A stretch of 63,882 nt of DNA, counting the filler, from Cercozoa sp. M6MM (lineage: Eukaryota; Protista; Endomyxa: Ascetosporea): assembly GCA_040357565.1 (NCBI GenBank). It is 11 parts of 11 records of this genome, joined end to end, with 100 filler letters (N's around TTAATTAATTAA, not from the genome) between each part and the next. Parts side by side here need not be neighbours in the genome. Positions count along the whole stretch, not along the records: positions 22,303 to 46,454 come from JBDODJ010000160.1; 10 more parts are not named here. One strand, 5' to 3'. The notes beneath the pieces were generated by a model. It was not told the origin of the DNA. It saw only the letters and a program-made list of their open reading frames with translations, and made no database searches. Within the stretch, counting starts at the first letter, position 1. Each line of letters opens with the position of its first letter. The position numbers and the translations under genes are program-made. Shown here in pieces: positions 23,854 through 35,241 of the stretch.

Positions 23854-25958
23854 ATGTCTAGTACTAGGTGCGTTAAGCGATAAGACTTTTTCATTATGAT
23901 TTCCAAGCGACACCGCGCCATGAATATCACGCTCATCTCTTGTAGCGGCGAGTTGCTGGACGAGAACGACGAAGTGCAGCAGGACGCCGACCTGTTCGGC
24001 GACGACGATGATGTTCTCGATGATTTCGGACAGGATGACGACGAAGGCAAGGGCGACGAGGACGATGCCATGCTCGGCGACGAGGCAGACAAAATGATCG
24101 ACGAAGAGGACGCGAACGATGATGTACCAGCAGTCCCTGATTGCCCTACGACTGTAGTACCAGTTGTATGCGCAACGACAGGCCGCTTTGTTCGGAGGTG
24201 ACATCGCCGATATCGACAAGATCGACGAGGATGCTGAGGTGTGTTGCCATGTATTATCACCTTGGTCCAGTTGGACAGCTGCCGAGACGGACAAATTGGA
24301 CAGGAAGCCCTGGACGAAGCGGACGAGTACCGAACCGAGGAAGTGTTCTGCATGCCTGAGATGTCGGTGATGTCGGTCCAGTCGACCCAGAAGGCGCTGC
24401 ACGCCGAGTCGGACGACCTGCGGCCGCGCATCGACGAGGTGCTGCTGGAGGAGGGCTCGCAGTGCTACCTGCTGACGCTGCCGCCCTTCATCGCCGTGGA
24501 ACACGAAGAATTCGACGTCGAGTCCTACACTCGCAAGTAAACACACACCCCACATCCACACCGATACAAACGCATGCTTGCACGCTTATTTTGTGGTGTA
24601 CCTTCAGGGTTGAGAACATGTCGGACGAGGAGCGCGAAGTCGAAGCGCAACGGTGGACGGTAACTGCTGTTGCCTGTCCTGTATCTTACTGATCGATGTT
24701 GCACCTTGACGCAGATCAGATGGCGTCGGGGAGACGACGGATCGGCCGAAAGCAACACACAGCTTGGTATTTTATACTGTGTGTAGATTTATATATATAT
24801 ATATATATATTATTGTACCCGATGCCCCAGTGCCCAAGGGCGACAAATGGTGCCTCCACGTCGGTGAGACCGTCTTTGAACTGCGCGTGCTGCCGATGGC
24901 GAACTCGGAGAAGTACGAGTCCAGCAAGTCCAAGTCGAGTGCGTCTGCCTTCGACCGGCCCGACGTCGATCTGGAGGCGCCTATCATTGGTAACACGCGC
25001 AGCACCGACCTGCATGCTGCCGTGCAGTGCGAGGTGCCACTGCTCGAGGCTCACACACTCGTGAGTCAGTACGTGCCCGACAGCTCGCCTGTAGACCTTC
25101 TCTATAATACACATACACACACCTTCTCTTCCTCCATGCGTTTGATGTTATGAAGGAGGAACTGGCACTCGACGAGACGGCACCCAAAGTGCGCGTGATT
25201 GCTGCCGGTGCGCCCATCTACTCGCGTCTTGAGGTCGTGCCAACACCGGCGCAGCAGATGCGCGCCCAGAGACTGTACCTTTTGTTTGTTTCTTGACTGT
25301 TTGACTCTAGGTAATCCACACACACACGCACATTGCTTCGCAGCTTTGCCGCCGAGAGAAAACTCAAAAAGATGGCCAAAGTGGTGGCCAAGGTCGACTT
25401 TGAAGTTGTGTGTTTTGATGACTTGTTCTTCTTCTATTGTTCTCTGTCTGCTGATTGACTTGACTATGGCGAGATCAGGCAGGCGAGGACTTTGAACAGA
25501 CAGCCAAGGAGGCGCGTAGGGTGCTGCCTTTTTACCTTTCTCTCGTTGCCAATTTTACTGTGCTGGAACGACGGTCCTTTGTTGTTGCAGCAAGCCGAGC
25601 GACCCGACCGGAAGAAGCGAACACCGACAAAGCGCAAGAAGCGCAAGAAGACAATGTCCTTCGATCGCGAATTCCTCGAGGACGAACTCGTCGGCGACGC
25701 CGAACTCGACGATGCCGTATCGAGACTTTTTGCACTTGTCCCCCTGGCGGTTTGCGAGTTTGCTTGTGTGTTGTTTGCGCAGGAGTACGATCTCGACGGC
25801 GACATTCTCGAGGTACGTTGTGTTTGTTGATGTTCCGTGTCTACTTGTTGCATAATGTTTGCTTGCCTGATCAGGACGACGACGACGACGACGCACTCTT
25901 GGCGGCCAAAGATCCGTTTGCCAACGATAGTGAAGACGACGAGGAGGAAATTATTTGA
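23854..25958 (+). CDS. LEO1: LEO1, Paf1 complex subunit
   Basis: Acidic N-terminus with DLFGD motifs, LPPFIAVEHEEFD, IRWR...ESNTQL, WCLHVGETVFEL; acidic tail. Confidence 0.85.
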
Positions 25959-26211
25959 GTGTCAACGTCGGGTAGTATTGTGTTTGGTACGTATCAAACG
26001 AAAGTGCTCTACGCTACTCCATTAGTCTCAATTGCGGTGCAACATCCGCTGTGTCCAGGCGTACAACCAATTCTTTAGTCGAGTTCCGTTCGTTCAACTC
26101 ATCTTCCACATCAGACAGGAAAGTAGAATTGCTGGTGTTTTACATTTAGAGTGCCAGCTGTGTGCAGTCGCGTGTTACTGTAGAGATCAGCAACTTCTCC
26201 TTTCAGAAATA

Positions 26212-26828
26212 ATGCAGCTGACGCGCGCAAAACCAACCGAGCTTGAAGAGCGTAGTGTTTTAGTCTGCGCTTGAGTTTGGTGTGCCACGCAGTAGGTTGC
26301 GTGTTGTGTGCAGTGTACGAGCTGGAGGTCGCTAGTTTCCCTGCTGATGAGGCCGCGTCGCGCGAGGGCTTGGAGCAGAGACTGACGCAGGCGGGCGAGT
26401 TCTTCTACGTGTACCGCAAGGAGGCAGACGGTCCCATTGTCGGTTTTATCAACGGCACCTTGTCGCACGGCGACCGCGTGACTCACGAGGCAATGGAAGG
26501 GCACGACAGCAACGGCAGCAACCTTTGCATTCACGGCGTTGTTGTGCGCGAGTCGTGCCGAGGACAGGGAGTCGGCACTGCCATGATGCGTACGCACTGC
26601 CCTGTGCGGATTGCGATGTCAATCGATGTTGTTGTTTTTATGTCGACAGGCGAGTACTGCAAGCAGGTGCAGCAAGACGCGCGACTCAAGCACATCTCGC
26701 TGCTGGCCAAGGCGGCCAAGCGCGCCTTCTACGAGCGAGTTGGCTTCGCGTGTCTCGGCGAGAGTCACGTCACGCACGGACAGGACACCTGGCTCGACTT
26801 TGTCCTTGAGTGCTCTGGCCTGAACTAA
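26212..26828 (+). CDS. GNAT N-acetyltransferase (arylalkylamine/polyamine, Paa1-like)
   Basis: LEVASFPADEAASRE, IVGFING, LCIHGVVVRESCRGQGVGTAMM, FYERVGF, HGQDTW; two introns. Confidence 0.9.
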
Positions 26829-26948
26829 CGTAGCTGCAGTACGCTAACGACGTGCACGCATAGGCCCGGACCGCTAGGTATTCTACGTTAAGTAAACCTA
26901 CGCCAACGACGCGGACGGAAAAGCCCGCGAACGGAAGGCCAGGTGCGA

Positions 26949-29900
26949 TTACGGCTGGCCCAGGCGCAGTCGATCCCGGTCGCGCAGCGCTTTGATCAAC
27001 TCTGCCTTGGGTAACAAGGTGCCACGAGCACACGCTCTGAGCACGTGCCAAATACACATAAAACAGTCGGTCGTAAGGACAAGGGAAATAGAAGTGGCCG
27101 TACCGCTCTAACGCAGGCGCAACGTGCCTATCCAGCGACGAGCACACCGTGGTGTCGGTGTCGACGAGTTCCCACATGCCGCTCTCCTGACTAAACATAA
27201 AGCGAGCCAGCCCGAGGTTGTCCAGAGCAGCTTGCACGACACGCGGCTTGCGTCTGCACTTGCCGATCGGCACGAGGATGGTGTGTCCCTCGGCAGTGCA
27301 TGCCTCAGCAAAGAGCTGCAGCTGCTCTTGTTCCTGTTGGTGGCGTCGAAACTGCGTCTGGTCCTCGATGCGCACCGACACCATTACACTGTACTGCCGG
27401 TACACGAGGTGCCGCCTCCTCGGCACTGACGTCATTCGTCGACGCTTCTGGCCAATGGCGCCATCCGACGCGTATTCGCCTGTCTCGGCCGCGGCAAAGA
27501 CCGAAACGCCGTCCATCGCAAAGGCCAGACCGTCCTCCGACTCGAACTCGCGAAGAACGACATCTCGCGACGACACACGATTCCTGTCTGTGCCCAGCAC
27601 GCTGACGACGTTCTGCGGCCGCTCCTCCATACAAGCACGTGCCAGAATGCCGAACGGAAACACTAGCGGGGCCTTGCGCATCTCGGCTCGTTTCTTGTTC
27701 GCCATGTCCTCTGTGATAAGTCATACATCAACACCCTTACATATATCTATATACACACAAAGATATATCTATCATATATGTAAGCAGGTAGAGAGGGTAT
27801 GAAGAGAAAAACGTACTGTAAGTGACAAAGGCCTCTTGCACAGCTTCGCATGGTCCGTTGACGGGATCGGTGAGTTTGAGGTTCGGGAACTTGGCTGGCA
27901 ACTCAGCAGCAGCGTAGCCAGAGAGCTGCATGCAGTGCTCGAGAATGAACGTGAGTGCCGGCCGGTCCTCGCTGGCTGAGAAGGGCACGGCGCCCTTGTC
28001 GTCGATCGTGGCCTGTCTGGCGCGATTCCACGTGAACACACCGCCCAGCAGTGTGCCTCCCTTGTGTCTCACCTGTAAGACTGATGTTTCCAAAAAGAAA
28101 CCACAGCAATGGCAAAAGTACACCCACCATCCAGGGCAGCAGCAGTCTGCGCAAAGCACTGCTGACAACGTCGACTCGAATGCCGGAATCCGTGCTGTGA
28201 CCGCAGCCTTTGGTCGGCACGCCCACTGGCCGCAGAAAGAACAAATCGCTCTTGTGCGCGTACATTAGCACCTCAATCCCACAAAAATGCGGCGCCACTG
28301 CCACGACATCGCGCAACTGGTCATGCCGACTGACAGCCTCCTCCGCGCGGAAGTAGTCACTCACCGGACAGCCCAGCATCTCGCTCGCATGTGCAACGAT
28401 CTTGTCGCAGTGCTCACTGTGAGAATTTGGGTTCGAAGCGGTACACACTGGTTATAAGAACATTGAGGTACACAAAGGCAGGCGAGACAGGTGCACTCGA
28501 GAGCAGCTCGCCGTAGTGCACCTCGATGTGGTCCATCGGGTCAATGTCTCTCACCTGCAAGTCATGAGACACTTCGTGTGCATGTTCAATCTGCTCCACC
28601 GTGCTCAGCGCTTTCGCGTGTGTCTGTTGAACTCAAAAACAGACACACACAAATCGGAAGGCCCTGAACATAGCAACAGTCAGTTTACAGCGACATCGTC
28701 GTCCCACGGCAGGTGCAGCGGCATTTCGATTTGATCCAGCACTTTCACGACACAACGCTCCTTGCGCAGCTGCCCATGTTACAAAACCAAAATCAAAGCT
28801 TGCACATTCCCAACAAAGTTAGGCAGATATATATACCTCACGAGCCAGCTCTTGGAACTTGGTTTGAAAAGTGACCTGAGATCCACACAAGTTGAGTCAA
28901 CTCATGTTTCACACGAAAGAGAGAGCTACGATTTGAGTACATCATTGCGCCAGAAGTCGAGCACAACTAGGATCCACTTTCGCATTCGGACCTGTTGAAC
29001 AAGACACCTTCTTTAAGCATACATGAGGAGGTAGTAGGTAACCTAAAGTACCTCAAGACCACGGCAGCCTTTCAAGTGACGCTGCAAGTCCGCCAGGTCA
29101 ATGTTCTTTGGCAGTTTCAAAGCCACGATCTGCACACCAGCACAGACGTGCAGAAATTCACTGAAAGCTAATTAAAACATACTTGCAACTCAGGCGCTGC
29201 AGTTTTCGCGTTCATGATGCAGTCACCAAGGTGTCTAATTGCACAAGTCCGAGTAAAAGCATCAGAAAAATGATAAAACGTATCATACTTTGAGCCGAGT
29301 CGGAGGACGAGCTTTTTGGATTTGAGGTAATCCTCGCCACCCCAAGGTGGATCCAAGAAAAGAATCTAAAACAGAAGCTTCAACAACCCCGACAAAAAAG
29401 AAAGACGAACAGCGAAAAGAAAACGGCACCTGCTGTCTGAGTTGTCCACTGGCGACGAGTGCGTTGAAATCGCCCGTCAGAAATGACACCTTCTGCAAGT
29501 TTTCCTGCAAGCCAAACAGTTTCTCGCAACCTCAAAATTATCAAAGCTTTAAACGCAAAGTTACTGGAGACAGGGCGACCTTGAGGTTGTTCTGAAGCAT
29601 GTCGTATCGACTGCGATCGTACTCGACCGAGTTCAACTTGCTGCAGCAACCAAAATATAAAAACAAAGAAGGAGAACTGCAAACGAAAGCACAAAGTACG
29701 CGAAGACAGCAGCAAGCGCAAGTGAGTCACCGCCAACACACGCGGTGCCGTCTGTCACCGACGCGCCGGCCTTGTCCTTGCTGAGGTCGCAGATGAAGCG
29801 CGCTTGCCACATGGCATCCTTGTAGTTTGACACAGAAAACAACGCCTCCGCATCGACCTGTACGAACAAAGAAGTGGCTTCAAGGAACAACAAAAAAAAG

Positions 29901-30027
29901 AAAGGGCCAGCACCTGCATTTTGCTGCGCTTGTCGACGGGGAGATGGGGCCAGAAATAATCTCTCTTGTCGCCGACCTTCTCATCTTCAGGTCGGCGCGA
30001 GGACACCTCCTCGGGCGCATCTGACAT
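26949..30027 (-). CDS. TGS1-type RNA cap guanine-N2 methyltransferase with long C-terminal region resembling a degenerate mRNA-capping guanylyltransferase
   Basis: VDAEALFSVS, VTDGTACVGGDSLAL, NSVEYDRSRYDMLQNN, ILFLDPPWGGEDY, ALKLPKN. The frame can be followed through GT-AG introns to ...PKAELIKALRDRDRLRLGQP*. The MTase call is strong; the C-terminal fold is inference. Confidence 0.8.
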
Positions 30028-30202
30028 GACCACACTCCAATTAAGTGCACCTGGAACCTCAAAATGCTCGCGGCACTGGAGCGCCGGGCGCGATAAAAGA
30101 ATACCGGTCCTTCAAAACCACACCAGGCACTCTATACTAGGGCTTAAACAGGGATCCAGGTGCATCTGGCATCTCGTGTATGCTTGGAAGTGCAAAAACC
30201 AA

Positions 30203-32528
30203 ATGCTCAGCGTCTCTAATGTACAACATGTTCAAGCAACTTGCTTCAGTTGGATCGTGCTCGACCACAAGTGATTGAATAAAATTGCAGGTGAAGCGCA
30301 TTTTAATTGTCGAAGCTGGTGAGAGATTCTGCTGGTACGGTTTGAGCGGCATCTTCGTTCTGTTTCTAACGGAGGTAGAGTATTTCTTGTCACTTGCTGT
30401 GCCCTCGCTGATCCTCCTATAGGCGCTCGGGTACTCCGAGTCGCATGCGACGGCAGTCTTTTCTACGGTGGGCGCTATTGCCTACCTGAGTCCTATTTTG
30501 GGAGGCTACCTGTCCGATCAGCGCTGGAAGTCGAAATACAACACGATTGTGCGCTTTGCGTCTGTCTACTGGCTTGGGAGTACCTTATGTTTGACGTTCC
30601 TTTCAGCTGTTACCATGGTTTATACAAGCAGACATTGCAATCGTGCTGGCTGGTTTCACCGAGTCGAGGTACAGCACAAGTCATATAGACTGCTTTAATG
30701 CTTTCAGTTAAAAAATAATTGTTTTTTAGATGGATTACCTGGCTGGCGATTGTGCTGGTTGCATCGGGCAATGGCGGCATCAAGCCGCTTGTGTCGCCTT
30801 TCGGTGCCGAGCAGCTGCCGGAAGGCACGAGTACTACGTCTTACTACACTTCATTCTACGCCTCCATTAATCTCGGCTCCATTGGCGCCCTGCTAGCAGT
30901 CCCTGCGTACTCGCTCTGTTGCAAGTTTGTATGGTTTGTTAAAAATCTACGTTTGATGGTGCGCAGCTTGGCACAGAGTGCAGGCTTTGCGAGTGGCTTT
31001 CTCCTGTCCTCCGTCTTCTTTAGTACGTCTGTGCTAAAATGCATTGTCTATTATACAAGTGCATGAGCAGCATTTGCCATGCTGGTCTTCCTGAGTGGAC
31101 GCAACGGGTACGTCAAGCTGCGACCGAAAGGACAGCCGCTGGTTGATGTGAGTTCACTCTACTCTGCCTCTTTTCTTTAAATATGCCCTTCGTTTAGTTC
31201 TATCACGTACTACGCGACTGGGTGCGACTACGGATGGGTCGTTCCGTGCAAGGCTTCAATGCACTGAACGAAGACGCCAGCGAAGAAGACAATGAGGACA
31301 TCCTGCAGCCTGAGCCGTCACCTGTCAGCAGCGATAATGCCGACAGCAGCATGTATGTGTACGAGAGGTATAAAGACACTTGATTGTTCAGTGCATATCG
31401 TAAGTGTGCCTGAACGATACTAGTGACAAGTGGGCTCACTTGCAGCAAGTACACGGTCCCACCAAGGTGGTGCAGTGTCGCAAAGTATTGGCCGCCTGTC
31501 GCGTCTTCCTGCTGCTGCCTCTCTTCTGGGCACTCTAGTACACCTTGCTTTCACTTTCTGCGTCTGGCTGGAGGTATTGTTTTGTATATGGGCAGTGGAC
31601 AGAACGCGTCGACGTGGATCCTGCAGGCTAAAGCGATGAATCGGCGCGTGCGTGTGCTTGGGCATGAGTACGAGGTGTCTCCGGGAAACATCCAGGTGCT
31701 AAATCCGCTGGTGGTGCTGCTGCTGCTGCCTCTGTTCGATCGAGTCATCTATCGCCGCATTGCATGGCTTCGAGAGTCGCTGTTGAAACGTATGACAGGT
31801 GAGGACTCTTCTTTTTGTGCACTGTGTTTATAGTTTGTTTACATGTGTATCAGTCGGTATGTTCCTCTGTGCACTCGCCTTCTTCGTGAGTGCGCTGGCG
31901 GAGGACGCCAACACGCGCGCCATTGAGAGGAACAATGACGACACCGGTGTCTCCTTCCTGTGGCAATTGCCGCAGTACCTCGTGGTACATGCGATCTCAA
32001 CTCAATTTAGTTAATCTGCTGTAGTGTACTGGACTGGTCCGGACAGATGGGCATGGCTGAGGTGCTAGTTTCGGTCACTGGACTCGAGTTCGCGTACCAG
32101 AGAGCACCTGCCGACATGCGAGGCATCGTGCAGGCTTTCTTCTTGGCCAGTATGGTATGCATTTTCGCTAAAGCTGGATCAGGTCCCAGTGCGTCAATTG
32201 TACCTCGTTACAGGCATTCGGACACGTGATTTCGGGCGTCTTGTTCTCGGCACTGCATGACACCTCGCGCAACAAGATGCTCTACCTCTTTGCCATCCTA
32301 CAAGCCGTCAACTCATGTCTCTTCGCGTGGATGTTCTTCTCGGACTCGTACAGTCCGGGTGCAGGCAGTGTTAATAACGCCGAGGTGCTTGAACTGGCGA
32401 ACGTCGAGGACTCCGGCACGCCCGGTGCGCTGGCTGTTGATGACGGCGGCTTAAACGAAGCTGACCCAGACGCGCGCTTTCTTGTCGATTCCGACGAGAT
32501 TCGGGGGGATTTCGACGACATGCCGTGA
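30203..32528 (+). CDS. Proton-dependent oligopeptide transporter (POT/PTR, SLC15 family)
   Basis: EAGERFCWYG (ExxER motif), GGYLSDQRW, GNGGIKPLVSPFGAEQ, FYASINLGS, WQLPQYLV, GLEFAYQRAP. Confidence 0.93.
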
Positions 32529-32751
32529 CTCTAGCTTGTTTGTATACATCGCATGCCGGTCCAAGTCGGTCATTTAAAACAATCGAATACCAGACCGTGA
32601 GACGCGAGTCGAGTCACGTCATTCTGTTTTATCGCAACCAACGCCGGAAGCTATCAGAAACAACACCGACGCGGCTCAATGGTGCACAATTAAAGACATA
32701 CCGGCCAACCCTGAGAACCTAGCAACACTCAAAAGAATGCACCAAGATCTC

Positions 32752-32840
32752 TGGGACGAGGAAGCAACTGTCGAAGGACAACCAGCCTCCCAGCAGGCAC
32801 TGGACCGAGAAGTCCCCGACATAATTTAGACTAGGCCACC
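32752..32840 (+). repeat. Dispersed ~90-bp intergenic repeat; second copy at about 61469-61550
   Basis: Shared blocks TGGGACGAG..AGCAACTGT.GAAGG..CCAGCCTCCCAGCAGGCAC..ACCGAGA..CCCGACATA..AGACT.GGCCACC on two contigs. Confidence 0.8.
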
Positions 32841-33207
32841 CCACTCATTGCAGTGGTGGCCCAAAGTCTATGTCCGTTTGTTTGTTTTGTTAGTTATCGA
32901 GTGGAGAGACGGGAGGACGACGACGGGACGACCCGACGCCGCCTGCGACGCCTTTACTTGTAGCCCGCTGTGCAGGGGAACTAAATTACATAGTTGGTTT
33001 CCTAGAAGGGTCAACTAACTAAAGCAGCCAACGCAAGTTTCATTCAGCTCGCGGCCAGTCACATCGACCGACATTCCGTTTTTAGGCAACCGTCGCGTAC
33101 AGCCAGGCAGTTGCGTTGGTTTGCAACGCAAATGCTCTGGCTGACGTGAAATTCAAACGAAACTGAGGTATCTCTGCCGATCGTACGCGATCAGATGTCA
33201 TCCATAA

Positions 33208-35056
33208 TTAATTAGTTTTTTTGGTGTCATTCTCCTTGTCCTTCGCCTTCTTGGAATGCTTAGACTCCAGGTTCTCAGAAAACGGCACTGTCTTGCCCTG
33301 GCACGGCTTTGAGTGCTTGGACTCACGCCTGCCGCAGCATCGGTACAGCACGCACAGCAGGAGCACCGATGCACCGCTGAAGGCAATCTGGAGGGTTCGG
33401 TTTTGGTACCACGGCTTGCGACGACGCTCGATCTCGGTGGCCATCCAGTTGGCTACACAACACACCAAAATCAACTTCATCTGTTCTCAACTGTCTAAGC
33501 AGAAGCCTCACCGATTTCCACAGCGTTGGTGAACTTGCTGGCAGCATAGATTAGTGCCGAAACTTCATCGCGCTCGAAATCCTCCGCCAGAGGAACGTCG
33601 TGACTCCAGAGCACCTTCATGGCCGTGCCTGCATTGAACGCCAGCCTCAAGTATATATATATATATATAGGAAGGACAAAGAAGATGATGTACCAATGCC
33701 GAGGAACTGCAGTTTGCCGTGCAAGCGACACGTGTCGCAATCGACGCAGTTCATGATGCGCGAGATCTCGCGGAACACTTGGCGCAACTCGTTCTTCTTG
33801 ACCTGCAGCAAGCATGTCATTCATCATAGATAATTTTTAAATCGACACAGAGACGAATCCACCTGGTCGGTAAAAAGCGCCCTCTCGTTGAACAATGATG
33901 TGTCGGAGCAGTCCTGCAGCATCGGGTGTCCCAGCAACTGCTCGAGTTTCTGTTGTGCCATTCGGTCCTCCTGCTCGCTCACACCGGCACGCGTGTCGAA
34001 CGACAGCAGCATCTGGCGAGCCTTGGCCAGCGCACGCAGCATCAGCGCTGTTGCAAAGTACCTGAGCACGGGGGGGGGGGGGGGGTTAAACACATAAGGA
34101 TAGAGCAGAAAAGAAACGATACAAGTTGCCAAGTCGATCCGGAAACTGCTGCAAGTCGTACACAAAGCCTTTGTCGTGCGCAACGTGCAGATTCGTCATC
34201 TACATATTAGCACATAATCTATACATGTACAAGCCATCGTAAGAACAGACTGACCAAGTGAAAACCTGACGTGACTCGGTAAAGCGCTCTCTCTTCAACA
34301 CACATCTCGTCCAGACCCTTGGTGAAACAATTGTTGGACTGCATGCCAGGAAGGGTAAAACGGATGAGTGAACGAGGTAAGATAAGGTAAAACGTAGTTA
34401 CGTAGATGGCCTGCCACATGCGACGCGGACCGTCGCCAACGTAGCCAGTATCCTTCTCGGGATTTCTACCAAGGTCGATGTAGATGCGCTTGTCATCGGC
34501 ATCGGGTGCGATCCACATATCGTCACTGACACATCAGGTGGTAAAGCAAAGGAACAAAACAAGGCGGCAAGTGAACACACTTGTTGGGCACCCATGGTGC
34601 ATGCGATCCCACGAACAGATCGACGGCGGCCCTCCTGCGCATGCCTTCCTCGTCGGCCTGCTGGAACAGCGGTGGCACCTCGCACTCGTCGCACACGGCG
34701 CAGCCATTGCTGCCGCACGCCTGCGGTCCCTGGTCCAGCGGACAGTCGTCCGAGTACAGGTCGAGTTTGAAGATCCGAAAGAACGTGAAGTTGCTCACTC
34801 TGCCGTTGCAACACCCAGTATCACTCTGGCCCAAGACATTTACGATGAGGCAAATCGAGTTTACTGCTTGAACGCCTCGTTGAGTGAGCCATAGTGCTGG
34901 TCGAGAACCGAGGAGTCACAACAACATTCTTCTACGCTCGTTCCGACAACTGCCCACAAAATCGGTGAACACGCTATATTATGTCACATGCGCTGGAAAC
35001 GGCGAACCTAGTAGCGTGACGCAGAAAAAAAGACACAAGAACGCTGTTCGAGGCAT
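33208..35056 (-). CDS. ERO1: ER oxidoreductin ERO1 with C-terminal transmembrane helix and KKxx tail
   Basis: Signal peptide; FFRIFKLDLYSDDCP...CGSNGCAV; YIDLGRNPEKDTGY; CVEERALYRVTSGFH; ISRIMNCVDCDTCRLHGKLQ; ends TLQIAFSGASVLLLCVLY...DTKKTN*. Confidence 0.93.
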
Positions 35057-35241
35057 CTGGCGCTCCCCAGCGAATCAAAACAGCCTTAAAACTATCGTAC
35101 ACCGTATAATAGCGTAGATGACGTGCGTTTGAGCGACTGTAGCCAGGACGAAAAAACGTGCCCTTATTCAAAATCTGAACTGGTCGACGAGGGCTTCGAC
35201 AGACTTTCTAGAGCGCGCTGGTGCACCGCAGCGTCTGCGCG

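Noticed and set aside
26212-26828. GNAT as partner of the tail-collar gene, as in some bacterial clusters
   Set aside because: Different contig, and it resembles ordinary Paa1/AANAT-like enzymes.
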